Positions 9,377 through 19,808 are shown, numbered from the stretch's first letter. The stretch: 41,948 nt of DNA from a virus (IMGVR_UViG_3300005934_000010:1-41948); one strand, 5' to 3'. Notes: generated by a model from the sequence alone, not told the origin. Translations and numbers: made by a program.

Positions 9377-9973
9377 ATGACAGTACAAAAATATTTTGGA
9401 AAAACCAATAGCGAGTTATATGATAATTGGGATAACTATCATGAAGAAATAATCAATGGTAGTGAATGGCGTTGTCATAAAAATGCCGCAGAATGGATCA
9501 TGAACACAGTTGACGAAGCAGATCCAATCGCAGACTTGGGTGCAGGTAATGGTGAGATAGGATATGAATTAGAACAAAACGCTCACTATGGCAAGGGACC
9601 TTACATTATTGATGCATATGATATGAATCAAAAAATGTTAGATAGATTTATTACAGAAAGTTATAGAAGTAAAACATTACATAATATTTACGATGGCCCT
9701 ATGCCTACACAATACAAATACATTGTAGGTACAGGAGTATTCACACTAGACCATATAGATGCTAAAGCATCAAAGAATTTAGCAGATAGTCTTACAGAAG
9801 ATGGATTGCTATTTGCTCCAATGCCATATTCATATCATAATAATTATTTAGAAACAGGCGGCTGGTTTGAACAAAAAGATTTAGAAATTTATATTGTAGG
9901 AAAACCATACAAGAGTATAGTAATTGATGGTCAACAAGAATATCATAGAGATATAATTTTAAAAAGAAAATGA
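9377..9973 (+). CDS. Class I SAM-dependent methyltransferase
   Basis: IADLGAGNG motif I, DAYD, GVFTLDH. Confidence 0.85.
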   Translation: MTVQKYFGKTNSELYDNWDNYHEEIINGSEWRCHKNAAEWIMNTVDEADPIADLGAGNGEIGYELEQNAHYGKGPYIIDAYDMNQKMLDRFITESYRSKTLHNIYDGPMPTQYKYIVGTGVFTLDHIDAKASKNLADSLTEDGLLFAPMPYSYHNNYLETGGWFEQKDLEIYIVGKPYKSIVIDGQQEYHRDIILKRK

Positions 9974-9974
9974 G

Positions 9975-10003
9975 TTGACAATCATACAAAGAGAGAGTAA
10001 AAT
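9975..10003 (+). promoter_or_regulatory. sigma70-type promoter (leaderless helicase mRNA)
   Basis: TTGACA-N17-TAAAAT, ATG 6 nt downstream. Confidence 0.8.
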
Positions 10004-10009
10004 ATATAA

Positions 10010-11422
10010 ATGTCCGATGTAAAAGATTATAGTTCAGATTTACAAAAACTATTTGTACAATTCATGCTATCAGATCCAGAGTTATACTCTAGGGTTCGTA
10101 GCATTGTAAAGCCTAGTTACTTTGATAGAAGTGTAAGAAAAGTAGTTGATTTATTGGTTGAGCATTCAGAAGAATACTCAACTATTCCTACTCCTGAAAT
10201 TATCAAAGCACAAACAGGACAAGAGATTGAAAAAGTAGATAACATCGAACAACATACAGATTGGTTTATTGATGAATTTGAAACTTTTTGTAGACATAAA
10301 GCAATCGAAAAAGCAATCATTGATAGTGCAGACTTACTTGAAACTGGTAAGTATGGTGAAGTAGAAACTAGAATTAAAGATGCAGTTCAGATTGGACTTG
10401 CACGTTCTTTAGGTACAGACTACTTTGCTGATCCTAGAGCAAGACTTGAAAAATTAAAAGATAATAACGGACAGATATCTACAGGCTGGAAAGCACTAGA
10501 TGATAAACTCTATGGCGGTATTAATCGTGGTGAGATATCAATCTTTGCAGGTGGTTCTGGTGCAGGTAAATCCTTGTTCATGCAAAACATGAGTTTGAAT
10601 TGGGCAGAACTTGGAATGAATGTTGTTTACTTTACTCTTGAACTTTCAGAAGAATTATCAAGTATGCGTATGGACGCAATGCTTACAGATAGAAGTACTA
10701 AAAGAATTTTTAAAGAATTAGATGATGTTGAATTAGCAGTTAAGACTAAAGGTAAAAAGTCTGGTATGTTGAGAGTGAAATATCTTCCATCAGGCTCTAC
10801 AGTTAATGACTTACGTTCATATCTAAAAGAATTACAAATACAAACAGGCAAAAAAGTAGATTGTATGTGTATCGATTATCTTGATTTGTTGATGCCTGCA
10901 ACAAAGAAAGTTCCAGCTGGCGACTTGTTTATCAAAGACAAATATGTTACAGAAGAAATTCGTAACTTTGCAATGGAAACAGAGACAGTTATGGTAACTG
11001 CATCACAGTTAAACAGAAGTGCAGTTGAAGAAATTGAGTTTGACCATTCACATATTGCAGGTGGTATCTCAAAAATTCAAACTGCGGACAATGTTATTGG
11101 TATTTTCACAAGTCAAGCAATGCGTGAACGTGGACAATATCAGTTACAATTACTTAAAACTCGTTCATCAAGTGGTGTAGGAAGTAAGATTAATCTGTTA
11201 TTTGATAGAGATAGTTTGAAGATTACAGATGATAATTCAGAAGGATTTGACGATGGTGATGGCGCACAGATATCATCTACGTTAAATATCATGGATAATT
11301 TAAGAAAAAAGACTACAGTAGTCGCAGAAACCCAAGAAAAATCCGAAGAACAGACAGACGTTGCGAAGAATTTAAGAGCAATGTTGAAGACCAAGACACG
11401 TTCTCCTTTTGACGAAAACTGA
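10010..11422 (+). CDS. Replicative DNA helicase (T4 gp41/DnaB family)
   Basis: GGSGAGKS Walker A, FTLEL, IDYLDL, ASQLNR, LKTR. Confidence 0.95.
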   Translation: MSDVKDYSSDLQKLFVQFMLSDPELYSRVRSIVKPSYFDRSVRKVVDLLVEHSEEYSTIPTPEIIKAQTGQEIEKVDNIEQHTDWFIDEFETFCRHKAIEKAIIDSADLLETGKYGEVETRIKDAVQIGLARSLGTDYFADPRARLEKLKDNNGQISTGWKALDDKLYGGINRGEISIFAGGSGAGKSLFMQNMSLNWAELGMNVVYFTLELSEELSSMRMDAMLTDRSTKRIFKELDDVELAVKTKGKKSGMLRVKYLPSGSTVNDLRSYLKELQIQTGKKVDCMCIDYLDLLMPATKKVPAGDLFIKDKYVTEEIRNFAMETETVMVTASQLNRSAVEEIEFDHSHIAGGISKIQTADNVIGIFTSQAMRERGQYQLQLLKTRSSSGVGSKINLLFDRDSLKITDDNSEGFDDGDGAQISSTLNIMDNLRKKTTVVAETQEKSEEQTDVAKNLRAMLKTKTRSPFDEN

Positions 11423-11449
11423 TAAATACAGTAGAACGGAGAAATACCA

Positions 11450-11698
11450 ATGGATAAACCTAGAAAAAGTCTCTTTGAAGAACTAAACTCTTTAGCGTAT
11501 TCTAATGAACGTGAAAGATTTGTAGAACAAAAAGGCGAAAATCTAATTTCTGGTGCTATCAATCTTATTGAATTCATCAATCGTGAATTCGATGAAGATG
11601 TTGCGTTAGATTTACAGAAACGACTTGTTAATAGCATTCGTTCTGGTGATATTAGAAAGTTTAAACGTGGTATAAACAGTGTCAAGGCTAAGAAGTAA
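11450..11698 (+). CDS. Hypothetical protein (late)
   Basis: GATAAATAC at 11421 and GGAG Shine-Dalgarno. Confidence 0.75.
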   Translation: MDKPRKSLFEELNSLAYSNERERFVEQKGENLISGAINLIEFINREFDEDVALDLQKRLVNSIRSGDIRKFKRGINSVKAKK

Positions 11699-11919
11699 TG
11701 GATTTTGAAAAACAGTTACAACAATTAAAGATACTAGCAGGCATATATAAACCATATGCACCTGAGGAAACTCAGCAAGAAAACATATCTTATACTGGAA
11801 CTGAAAAATCTAAACTCCAAAAGAAGCATAATATACAACCTGGCACAGACGAATGGTTTAGACTTTGGTTTGCTAAGCCTCATCTAACTGGCGAAAGACC
11901 TATTGGGGACAAGAAATGA
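11698..11919 (+). CDS. Hypothetical protein
   Basis: TAATG-coupled ORF; PGTDEWFRLWF motif. Confidence 0.75.
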   Translation: MDFEKQLQQLKILAGIYKPYAPEETQQENISYTGTEKSKLQKKHNIQPGTDEWFRLWFAKPHLTGERPIGDKK

Positions 11920-13265
11920 AAATAAAAGATATTTTAGGTAAAGGCAGACAGCGTAGATTTAGAGGTCCAAGAAAACCAAGACAGAAACAAGTTGGCTTTC
12001 ATAAAAAGATGAAAGGCTTGTTAGATTCAGATTTACAAGAAGAAGATAAGAATACACACTTAGACCATGCAGAAGAACTTGTGTTCATGCAAGGTTCTGA
12101 AGGTATAAAAAGAGTAGTAGGTACGTTTACTAAACTACTAAACACACTAGATGGTCAAGGTGGCGGTGACGCAATCACTACGAAATGGGACGGATCACCG
12201 GCTGTGTTTGCTGGAACAGATCCAGAAGATGGTAAATTCTTTGTAGGTACTAAAGGTGTATTTGCAAAAACACCAAAACTAAACAAATCTCCAGAAGATA
12301 TTGAAACAAATCATCCTGATACTACAAACAAAGGTGAAGAAGTAAGCAAAGCAGGTTTACGTAGTAAATTAAATTCATCACTAGAACATTTAAAAGATTT
12401 AGGTATTGAAGGTGTATTACAAGGCGACTTGTTATTCACTAAAGGTGATTTGAAACAAGTTAATATTGAGGGTAAACCTCATATTGCATTTAAACCAAAT
12501 ACAATCACTTATGTTGTTCCTACTGATAGCAAAACAGCAAAAGAAATGATGGCGGCTGATATCGGTATTGTGTTTCATACAAGTTATGAAGGCAATAGCA
12601 TGGAAGAAATGAAAGCAACATTTGGTTTTGATAGTAGCAAACTAAGACCTTCTAAAAATGTTTGGTTTACTGATGCAAGAATTAAAGATGTAACAGGACA
12701 AGTACAGTTATCTAAAGAGAACAGTGCTAAAATTCGTTCAGCAATTAAAGAATTAAGTTCAATGTCAGTTGATGCTAATACATTTAAAGCATTAAATCAA
12801 AAGATTGGTGGTATTGAATTAGTAAATGCTATTAAGGCACATGCTAATGCACCAATTCGTTCAGGACAGGCATTAGAACAAGACGCAGATAAGTTTGCAC
12901 AAGACTTTTTAACTTCACTAGAAGCAAAGTTTGATGATGCAGTAGCAAAATTAAAAACAGGCCCAGAAGGAAAAGCAGGTCAGGCAAAACTAGCGGCTAA
13001 ATCAGAAGTTTCAGAAATTATAAATAATAATAAGACACAAATCGCAGATATGTATCGTGCATATCTAAAAACTGAGGCAGTTAAAATGATGTTTCAGAAA
13101 AAGATGAGAAACATAAAAGCGATTGATAGTTTTATTGAACAGCCAGACGGTTCATTTAAAGTAACAGACCCAGAAGGCTTTGTTATTGTTGACCATATTG
13201 GTAGAGCAATGAAGATTGTAGATAGATTAGAGTTTAGTGCGGCAAATTTCGCACCGAGAGATTAA
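11916..13265 (+). CDS. Ligase-like nucleotidyltransferase (DUF6267-like phage protein)
   Basis: KNTHLDHAEE, TKWDGSPA (KxDG motif I), LQGDLLF (III), PEGFV (IV), MKIV (V). Confidence 0.7.
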   Translation: MKIKDILGKGRQRRFRGPRKPRQKQVGFHKKMKGLLDSDLQEEDKNTHLDHAEELVFMQGSEGIKRVVGTFTKLLNTLDGQGGGDAITTKWDGSPAVFAGTDPEDGKFFVGTKGVFAKTPKLNKSPEDIETNHPDTTNKGEEVSKAGLRSKLNSSLEHLKDLGIEGVLQGDLLFTKGDLKQVNIEGKPHIAFKPNTITYVVPTDSKTAKEMMAADIGIVFHTSYEGNSMEEMKATFGFDSSKLRPSKNVWFTDARIKDVTGQVQLSKENSAKIRSAIKELSSMSVDANTFKALNQKIGGIELVNAIKAHANAPIRSGQALEQDADKFAQDFLTSLEAKFDDAVAKLKTGPEGKAGQAKLAAKSEVSEIINNNKTQIADMYRAYLKTEAVKMMFQKKMRNIKAIDSFIEQPDGSFKVTDPEGFVIVDHIGRAMKIVDRLEFSAANFAPRD

Positions 13266-13266
13266 C

Positions 13267-13467
13267 ATGTTAAGTAAGAAATGCAAATTACACCTAGAAG
13301 AAGTCGGCGAAACACGTTGGCAACATTTTAAACATGCTATGTGGGTATCATGGCAATTAGAAAAAGCCGCTTATGCATGTTTTCTTCATGCATTTGCACC
13401 AAGATGGTTTCAATCTTATGCAAGTAATAAGTGTAAAGAAGTTTTAGATTCAAGGAACAGAAGATGA
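13267..13467 (+). CDS. Small protein, DUF6356-like
   Basis: HLEEVGET.WQH...HAFAPRWFQSYAS pattern; ATG at 13267. Confidence 0.6.
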   Translation: MLSKKCKLHLEEVGETRWQHFKHAMWVSWQLEKAAYACFLHAFAPRWFQSYASNKCKEVLDSRNRR

Positions 13468-14246
13468 GCGAGTTAAAGTTAATTAATACACTTACAGAAA
13501 GCAGATTATTCAGAACGAAACAGAATATGAATAGTCTTAATGTTTCAGATGCAGGTGAACTAGCATTTGCTTATCTAATGCAGTTAAACATGTTTAATAA
13601 AGATTATGAATTTGCTCCATTGGCAAAAGAATATGCTAACAGAACGATAGCATATCGTAACTTTGATTACTTTAGAACAAGTGGAACTGACTTATACGCA
13701 ACACTACATCGTTTAATGGGCAAAGGTATAGACTACACTGACCCAAGAGATAGTATTGCTATTCAAAGAATTAATTTAAAGAAACAAGACTTGTTAAGAT
13801 ACTTAGGACATATAGGTGCAGGTAAATCAGACGCAGGTTTTGAACAAAGAATGTTATTAAGATTTCAACGTGACTTAAATGTACAAGATGGTATGTTGAA
13901 ATCAATGAGAAGACTTATAGGTGATTGGGATAATCTAAATCAGAATCAAAAAGCACTGGTTACTACAAGAATGATGCAATATACACGTGCAAAAGCAATG
14001 CGTAGTGAGTTAATGCCAGCGTTAAAATCATTCCAAAAGCGTGGAAATTACATGTATAAAGACACAAAATCGACAAAATCTGTAGTAAAAAGCATTTGGG
14101 ACAAACCAATCACTAAAGTAGCGGCATTTGGAGCCGCGGCCGTCGCCGCAAACAAGGCTGGTAAGTTTTTAGGCAAAACTTCTTACCAAAGTGGCGAAAG
14201 AAACAAGGGAAGAGACTTATCTCCAAGATATAAGAAGTCCTCGTAA
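13464..14246 (+). CDS. Hypothetical, probable head/internal virion protein
   Basis: ORF in the late cluster; N-terminal LTE|S possible protease site. Confidence 0.6.
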   Translation: MSELKLINTLTESRLFRTKQNMNSLNVSDAGELAFAYLMQLNMFNKDYEFAPLAKEYANRTIAYRNFDYFRTSGTDLYATLHRLMGKGIDYTDPRDSIAIQRINLKKQDLLRYLGHIGAGKSDAGFEQRMLLRFQRDLNVQDGMLKSMRRLIGDWDNLNQNQKALVTTRMMQYTRAKAMRSELMPALKSFQKRGNYMYKDTKSTKSVVKSIWDKPITKVAAFGAAAVAANKAGKFLGKTSYQSGERNKGRDLSPRYKKSS

Positions 14247-14330
14247 CACCCGTTTTTTAGCAAAAAATGATAAATAAAAGCATAGAGCAATAAAAATATG
14301 CTCAAGTAAATTCTATTTAGGAGAACTAAA

Positions 14331-14594
14331 ATGGCAAAAGTACATGAATCATATGACGCAGGTCAGTTTTTAACAGGTAACTTAAATCACTTCACAGTTA
14401 CAAAAACTGGTATGGCGGCAAGCGACATGAAAGCAATCGTAGAAACAACTGGCACACGTGCTACAGTAGTACTATTAGGTGCTATCGATGGTAACGATGT
14501 TAGAATCGCAGTAGAAAACAACGGCGCATGGGATGCCGCTGGTTTAGACGCGGCTCTAGGTGCTGATTTCACAGTGGCTGATTTCGCATACTAA
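14331..14594 (+). CDS. Small Ala/Gly-rich virion protein (decoration-like), probably highly expressed
   Basis: Late promoter at 14269, AGGAG Shine-Dalgarno, own terminator. Confidence 0.65.
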   Translation: MAKVHESYDAGQFLTGNLNHFTVTKTGMAASDMKAIVETTGTRATVVLLGAIDGNDVRIAVENNGAWDAAGLDAALGADFTVADFAY

Positions 14595-14640
14595 TTTTTA
14601 CCCCCTGGACGTAAGTCCAACCCCACACTTTGCGTGTATT

Positions 14641-14671
14641 AAAAGGCTCACTTTATAGTGGGCCTTTTTTT
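14641..14671 (+). terminator. Rho-independent terminator
   Basis: AGGCTCACT-TTAT-AGTGGGCCT hairpin followed by a T-run. Confidence 0.85.
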
Positions 14672-14729
14672 ATTATAAATACTTTTCACAGATAAATACA
14701 TATATAATTAAAATATTGGAGAAAACAAT

Positions 14730-15122
14730 ATGGCAAAGATACATGGTGCCGCTAGTGCAGGAGAGACTTTAGGCGGTAATATAAATTTTTATACATTGTA
14801 TGTCACTGGTTTAGATATCACGGCAACAGGAAATGTAGCAGACCAAACACAGCAAAACTTTGATGACTGTGTAAATTTAATTTCACTAGTAGCACAACCG
14901 ATTATCATGAATAATCCAATCGGTGTCAATCTAGGAGGTCTAGCACCATCACTAACAGGTGCAGGATTTTTATTTAAATTTGCAGTAGAGCATGGTAGAG
15001 TTTTCGAAAGAAACGGTGACACAGTATCAGTTCTAAAAGAATTGTTTGAAGGCATCACAATCGATGGTGTAACGCTATCACATCCAGCTAACATTGAATT
15101 TGTAATGTCTGACTTGTTGTAA
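14730..15122 (+). CDS. Small virion structural protein, probable paralog of 14331
   Basis: MAKIHG start resembles MAKVHE; FAVE vs IAVE; late promoters at 14674 and 14691. Confidence 0.65.
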   Translation: MAKIHGAASAGETLGGNINFYTLYVTGLDITATGNVADQTQQNFDDCVNLISLVAQPIIMNNPIGVNLGGLAPSLTGAGFLFKFAVEHGRVFERNGDTVSVLKELFEGITIDGVTLSHPANIEFVMSDLL

Positions 15123-15136
15123 TAATTGAGTTTATC

Positions 15137-15808
15137 ATGGATTGGGAAACACTGATAAACGAAAGAGTACAAACAACAACATGGGACATGAACAGACAAG
15201 TATCCAAAGATGTTGTTGAAGAAATAATGTCTGAGGTACACAAACGTTCTTCCTCAAAACAAAACTTAGTTCGATATAACATACATATATTTGATTGGTC
15301 AGATACAGAATTTAGAAATCATTTTAATGAATTTTGTATCAGAGAACCATACAAAACACCAGTAGAATATAATACTCAAGTTTTAGCACCTTATTTGATA
15401 ATTTTTACAAGAAGAAATGTATACTGGAATAGAGAAGGTGATCCTTCAACATTAGGACACCCAGAGACAGACTTTGAAACACAAGTCTATAATACACATT
15501 TTACTAGTTCTATGGAAACAGGGATAGCATCAGCTAATATAATTCTATCAGCAAAAGCAAAAGGATTAGACACAGGGTATTGTCAGTGTTTTAACTGGAA
15601 TTATGAACACGTTAATGCTATCACAGAAAAGCTAGAAGTAGATAATATCAAAGATATTTACTTGTCTTTGGGTCTTGGATATGGTTCATCGTTAAAAAGA
15701 ACACTTAATTTACATACAAACCAATGGTTCAATACATTTGCTCATGTTGGAAAAATGTGGGAAATAGAGCGTAAACCAGAGAAAGATGAATATATTAAGT
15801 TTAGATAG
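15137..15808 (+). CDS. Nitroreductase family protein
   Basis: SSKQN, APYLIIF and ETGIASANIILSAKAKGLDTGYC...LGLGY motifs. Confidence 0.85.
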   Translation: MDWETLINERVQTTTWDMNRQVSKDVVEEIMSEVHKRSSSKQNLVRYNIHIFDWSDTEFRNHFNEFCIREPYKTPVEYNTQVLAPYLIIFTRRNVYWNREGDPSTLGHPETDFETQVYNTHFTSSMETGIASANIILSAKAKGLDTGYCQCFNWNYEHVNAITEKLEVDNIKDIYLSLGLGYGSSLKRTLNLHTNQWFNTFAHVGKMWEIERKPEKDEYIKFR

Positions 15809-15878
15809 TATATAAAATTTCTGATTATAAATGATAAATACAAACAATGGGACCAGACTTCCCAAGTAGGAGTATATC

Positions 15879-16130
15879 ATGTCAGAAATTGACACAAAAC
15901 TAGCACAGCTAGAAACAGAAAGTTTAGAAACTCATGTTGCAGTTGCACATGAACGTTTTAAAAATTTAGATACAAGCATCAATAGACTAGAAGGTCTTAT
16001 TGAAAAAAATGCCGCTGAAACAAAAGAAGGGCTATCCGAACTTAAAAAGATTATTATCTGGGCAAGTTCTACTTTGTTTGCAACAATGCTATTGGCGTTG
16101 TTGACAACTGTTTTTGGAGGCTTAAAATAA
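15879..16130 (+). CDS. Coiled-coil protein with a C-terminal TM helix (XhlA/holin-like)
   Basis: Heptad N-terminal region, hydrophobic IIIWASSTLFATMLLALLTTVF; late promoter at 15833. Confidence 0.55.
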   Translation: MSEIDTKLAQLETESLETHVAVAHERFKNLDTSINRLEGLIEKNAAETKEGLSELKKIIIWASSTLFATMLLALLTTVFGGLK

Positions 16131-16408
16131 TGCAGTTGTCCGAAGTATATGATGACGTATTTGAAGCGAAACTTGTTTATGCTCGTAAGGGCAAACAAAT
16201 TGTGCGTAAATATCGTTGTGGTAGCGGAAGACTAAAAGGTAAAACTGTTTCTAATCCAAGCAACTGTTTTAAACCAGTTGATATTAAGAAAAGATTTACT
16301 CTTGCTAGAACAAAAGCCAAAATGGGTGCAAGATTGGCACGTAAGTCAAAAATGACAAGACGTATGAACCCAGCAAGTAAAAGATTAAAAACTTTGAATA
16401 GACGATGA
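16130..16408 (+). CDS. Highly basic small protein, probable head core protein
   Basis: MQLSEV...FE| leader followed by a K/R-rich body. Confidence 0.6.
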   Translation: MQLSEVYDDVFEAKLVYARKGKQIVRKYRCGSGRLKGKTVSNPSNCFKPVDIKKRFTLARTKAKMGARLARKSKMTRRMNPASKRLKTLNRR

Positions 16409-16418
16409 GGGTAATAAC

Positions 16419-17294
16419 ATGGAACTAAAAAAAGATATTATTGAATCAATGAACGAAGATATTTCTAACAAGATTGCCGACATTGCAGATTTAGTTGGTG
16501 AGAAAGAAGAAGTTGTCAGAGACAGATTAAAAACTTTGAACTTCCGTGATTACATCGAACTATCAAAAGCAGTTAAAGAAGTAGAAATGGAAAGAGCAAG
16601 AGAAATATTAGGTCTTGGTCTTGAAGAAACAAAGTATCATTACGATGGAAAACTTGTACACATTTCTAAAGAAGAATTTAGCAAAGTAAGTGACGATTAT
16701 AAAAATTCTACACCAGGCGAAGAACGTATGGTTATTCTAGATCCTGAGTCGGGTGCTACGATTTCAGTACCAGTTAAAATCACTAACGAAGAAGTTGAAG
16801 AAGAAGTAAACGAAGACGAAAAACAAATCGCGGCAGATATTAAAGATTATGTTGACGACCACAAAAAACATTTTGATGCATATCCAATGGATGTGGAAGT
16901 TGATGATAAAGTTTATAGTTACGATGAGTATTGGAAAATTTTAGATAAGTATTATCCAGTAAACGAATACAATACAGGCGGAACAATGTCTCCAGGCGAG
17001 ATGAGAGCATCTCAACAGGGTCAAGCGATGGCTCAGTCACAAGGTGATAATAATCCTCAAAACAAAACTAAAAAAGCACAAGCAATGATGCGTTTAGGTA
17101 AAAAGAATTTAGGGGGTGCAACTGCACAACAGGCCGCAGATGCACTTGACAAAGCTGGACAAGGAAAACCACTAACACCAATTCAACGTAAAGCAATGGC
17201 GCAACAAGCGGCATCAGTTGACCAGTTAGCGGCAGATCCTAAGACAGCAACACAGTTTAGAAACTTGTTAAACAAATTGAACAATAAGGGGTAA
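16419..17294 (+). CDS. Acidic head/prohead core-like protein
   Basis: Glu-rich, modules separated by LEE/VNE motifs. Confidence 0.55.
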   Translation: MELKKDIIESMNEDISNKIADIADLVGEKEEVVRDRLKTLNFRDYIELSKAVKEVEMERAREILGLGLEETKYHYDGKLVHISKEEFSKVSDDYKNSTPGEERMVILDPESGATISVPVKITNEEVEEEVNEDEKQIAADIKDYVDDHKKHFDAYPMDVEVDDKVYSYDEYWKILDKYYPVNEYNTGGTMSPGEMRASQQGQAMAQSQGDNNPQNKTKKAQAMMRLGKKNLGGATAQQAADALDKAGQGKPLTPIQRKAMAQQAASVDQLAADPKTATQFRNLLNKLNNKG

Positions 17295-17297
17295 TAG

Positions 17298-17492
17298 ATG
17301 AGATTAACAGAAGTTTTAGGCGGCATTTATGTAATGATTACTGAGGAAGAAAACGACTTAGTTGTTAAATACTTCTCAGAAAATGAATACGTAAATGAAA
17401 CTCAATTATCAGAAAGAGAACATGTAATCGCTGATAGATTGACACACAAAGGAGTTCTTATGCCTACCCTAAGAGGCTATAGAACAGTATAA
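17298..17492 (+). CDS. Hypothetical protein
   Basis: ORF within the late operon. Confidence 0.7.
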   Translation: MRLTEVLGGIYVMITEEENDLVVKYFSENEYVNETQLSEREHVIADRLTHKGVLMPTLRGYRTV

Positions 17493-17503
17493 CGGAGGAC
17501 AAT

Positions 17504-18142
17504 ATGACTGGACCAAGTAGAGAAGATGTAGGTGCAATGGCAAACATACTCAAAGCAATGAGCGGAGATAAGAGTGGTTTGCGTGAATCTGCACAGTCTT
17601 CTAATACACAGGGAGGGGAAGTAGACTTATCACCTGGAGTAAAACAGGCTGATATCAAAGCAATGGAAAATATCATGAGAAACTTTTCTAGTGCAACATC
17701 AAACGTTGCTAAAAAAGTTTCAACCACGCTGAATGAAGCTACAAAAAAAACCGAAAAAGGTGTTGATGTAGGTTTTTATTCAGTAATCAAAACAGAAGAT
17801 GGTGCGTATGATATATTAGATAGTAGAACAAAAGACACATTATTTGAAGGATTGCGTATGTATAAATCTGCATATGTAATTGTAACTCATTTAAATGAAG
17901 GTAAAAAGATTAATTCAGATGAGATTACTAAAATTATTTCAGCAAATGCAGTGTTTGAAAGAAACTATTATGATGCTTTACAGTACAAATATTCATATAA
18001 AGTAGCTAAAAAACGTCAAGATTATGGAAAAATGGATATAGCAGAAGCTAGATTTAGTAGATCCAAAGCAGAGGCGGATAAAGCAAAAGATAAAATATAC
18101 GATATATTCGAAGAAGTACAATCCAAAAAAACACGAATTTAA
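17504..18142 (+). CDS. Hypothetical, probable head protein
   Basis: GGAGG Shine-Dalgarno; LRE/LNE motifs. Confidence 0.65.
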   Translation: MTGPSREDVGAMANILKAMSGDKSGLRESAQSSNTQGGEVDLSPGVKQADIKAMENIMRNFSSATSNVAKKVSTTLNEATKKTEKGVDVGFYSVIKTEDGAYDILDSRTKDTLFEGLRMYKSAYVIVTHLNEGKKINSDEITKIISANAVFERNYYDALQYKYSYKVAKKRQDYGKMDIAEARFSRSKAEADKAKDKIYDIFEEVQSKKTRI

Positions 18143-18192
18143 TCCAAAAAGATAAATACATAATATAACTATTATGTAATGGGGCAAATACC

Positions 18193-19032
18193 ATGAGAAG
18201 TACAAACTTTTTTAAAACAGATACTATATCAGTATCATCACGTTTAAATGACTATCTAAAGTCAAATTTTGGCTATGCAGTTGAAGGCGACTTAGATTCA
18301 TTACGTGAGGCTAAAGCAAACTTAGAAGCGAAAAAGCGTGACATGACTCCTGACTATCAAAGTAAGGATTATGTTGAAACTATGCTTATGCTAGAAACTG
18401 TCAAATCTTTGCTAAAAGTTCACGGTGAACAAGAAATAGCAGAAGGTGGCAAACACAAGTATGTTTCAGACGCACAACGTAAAGCAGTTCATGCCAAGAA
18501 AGCCGAAGAAACAAAGGAACCAAAGATGAAAAAAGAAGAATCTAAAATCGAAGAAAAAGCAGTCGAGGCTCCTAAAGAAGAAAATTTAGAAGAATCACTT
18601 TTAGACCAGTTGAATAAACTATTAGAAGGTGATGCGGCTGAGGCTGAAATTACAATGGCGGCACGTGGCATCGTAGATGAACTACAAGACGTTGTTGAAA
18701 AATTAGGTAAAATTCAAAACGACCAGTTAGGTCCACTAGCAGATGAAATGGCTTACACACATGGGCCAGAGCAGGCAGAAACATTTAAATCTTCTGTTGA
18801 CCAAGCGATTGCAGGTCTATTAGACTCTGCACGTTCAACGAAAGATGCAGTTAACAATGCGGCTCTAGTTCTTTCAGGTGAAGCACCGGCAGGTGATATG
18901 GAACCAGCAACAGCAGAAGTTGGCGGTGACATGCAAGACGATATGGAAGATGATATCGCGGCAGACCTAGGCGGCGATGAAGCATCATCTGGCGAAGTTG
19001 ATGAACCACTTGGCCGTTCGAAAAGAGACTAA
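18193..19032 (+). CDS. Prohead scaffold/core-like protein
   Basis: Late promoter at 18151; coiled-coil, very acidic C-terminus ending PLGRSKRD. Confidence 0.55.
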   Translation: MRSTNFFKTDTISVSSRLNDYLKSNFGYAVEGDLDSLREAKANLEAKKRDMTPDYQSKDYVETMLMLETVKSLLKVHGEQEIAEGGKHKYVSDAQRKAVHAKKAEETKEPKMKKEESKIEEKAVEAPKEENLEESLLDQLNKLLEGDAAEAEITMAARGIVDELQDVVEKLGKIQNDQLGPLADEMAYTHGPEQAETFKSSVDQAIAGLLDSARSTKDAVNNAALVLSGEAPAGDMEPATAEVGGDMQDDMEDDIAADLGGDEASSGEVDEPLGRSKRD

Positions 19033-19034
19033 TT

Positions 19035-19361
19035 ATGAAGGTTGCTAGTCTTTTAAATGAAGACAAGAACTATCAAGCACAACTACGCAATGACTTAAAT
19101 GCGTATCTTGTTCGCTTGAAAGCAAATGATATTGGTTCCGTTGGCACTGATATGATGGTTGACGAATTAACTAAAATGGGTTACAGTGTAACTCCAGAAA
19201 GTTTAGTTGATATGTTAGCTAACAGCAAATACATAAGCAAAGTTACTGTAGACACTATTGACTTAAAAGGCGCCCCACCTAGTAAAGGTCAAGATGCAGA
19301 TAAAGACAAAGAGAAGATTAGTAAACTAGCAGTGAAAACTGCACAGAAGAGGATAAAGTAA
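19035..19361 (+). CDS. Hypothetical protein
   Basis: ORF; MKVASLLNE| leader. Confidence 0.7.
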   Translation: MKVASLLNEDKNYQAQLRNDLNAYLVRLKANDIGSVGTDMMVDELTKMGYSVTPESLVDMLANSKYISKVTVDTIDLKGAPPSKGQDADKDKEKISKLAVKTAQKRIK

Positions 19362-19801
19362 TGCCATTAATTGTAAAAGGAAATACAAACATTGTATCTA
19401 AACATGATGCTCAAAAAAAGGCCGTTGATACGTCTGAAAAAGCAAAAGAAAATGGTCTAGAGAAATTATCAGATTCACAAAAAGAAATTCGTCAAGAAAT
19501 TCTAAATGCAAAAAGACACCGTGAGTTTATGCTTAGAGTTCAAAAACAAAAAGCAAAATCTAAAGAACATCAAAAAGAAGTTGAAAAAGTATTAGCAACA
19601 CCAGAAGTTGTAGTAGAAGCAAGAGCCGAAAAAGCTAAAGTTGTCGAAGCAACAAAATCTGTGGCTTTGGGTGATAGACCAGTGTTTGAATCAATGACTA
19701 AAAAAGAATTAGACATTTGGGCAGAAGAAAACTTAGGTATGGCGCTAGACCGTAGAAAAACTAAGTCTGCAATGATTGAAGAAATCGAAAAGAATCTCTA
19801 A
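19361..19801 (+). CDS. Hypothetical protein with a C-terminal HeH/Rho-N-like helical motif
   Basis: MTKKELDIWAEENLGMALDRRKTKSAMIEEI. Confidence 0.6.
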   Translation: MPLIVKGNTNIVSKHDAQKKAVDTSEKAKENGLEKLSDSQKEIRQEILNAKRHREFMLRVQKQKAKSKEHQKEVEKVLATPEVVVEARAEKAKVVEATKSVALGDRPVFESMTKKELDIWAEENLGMALDRRKTKSAMIEEIEKNL

Positions 19802-19808
19802 TTAGCTA

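Noticed and set aside
16382-16540. 17-nt direct repeat AGATTAAAAACTTTGAA (16382 and 16524) encoding RLKTLN in adjacent genes
   Set aside because: Only two copies, AT-rich and within coding sequence. No array or att-site context, so chance or an old duplication is enough to explain it.
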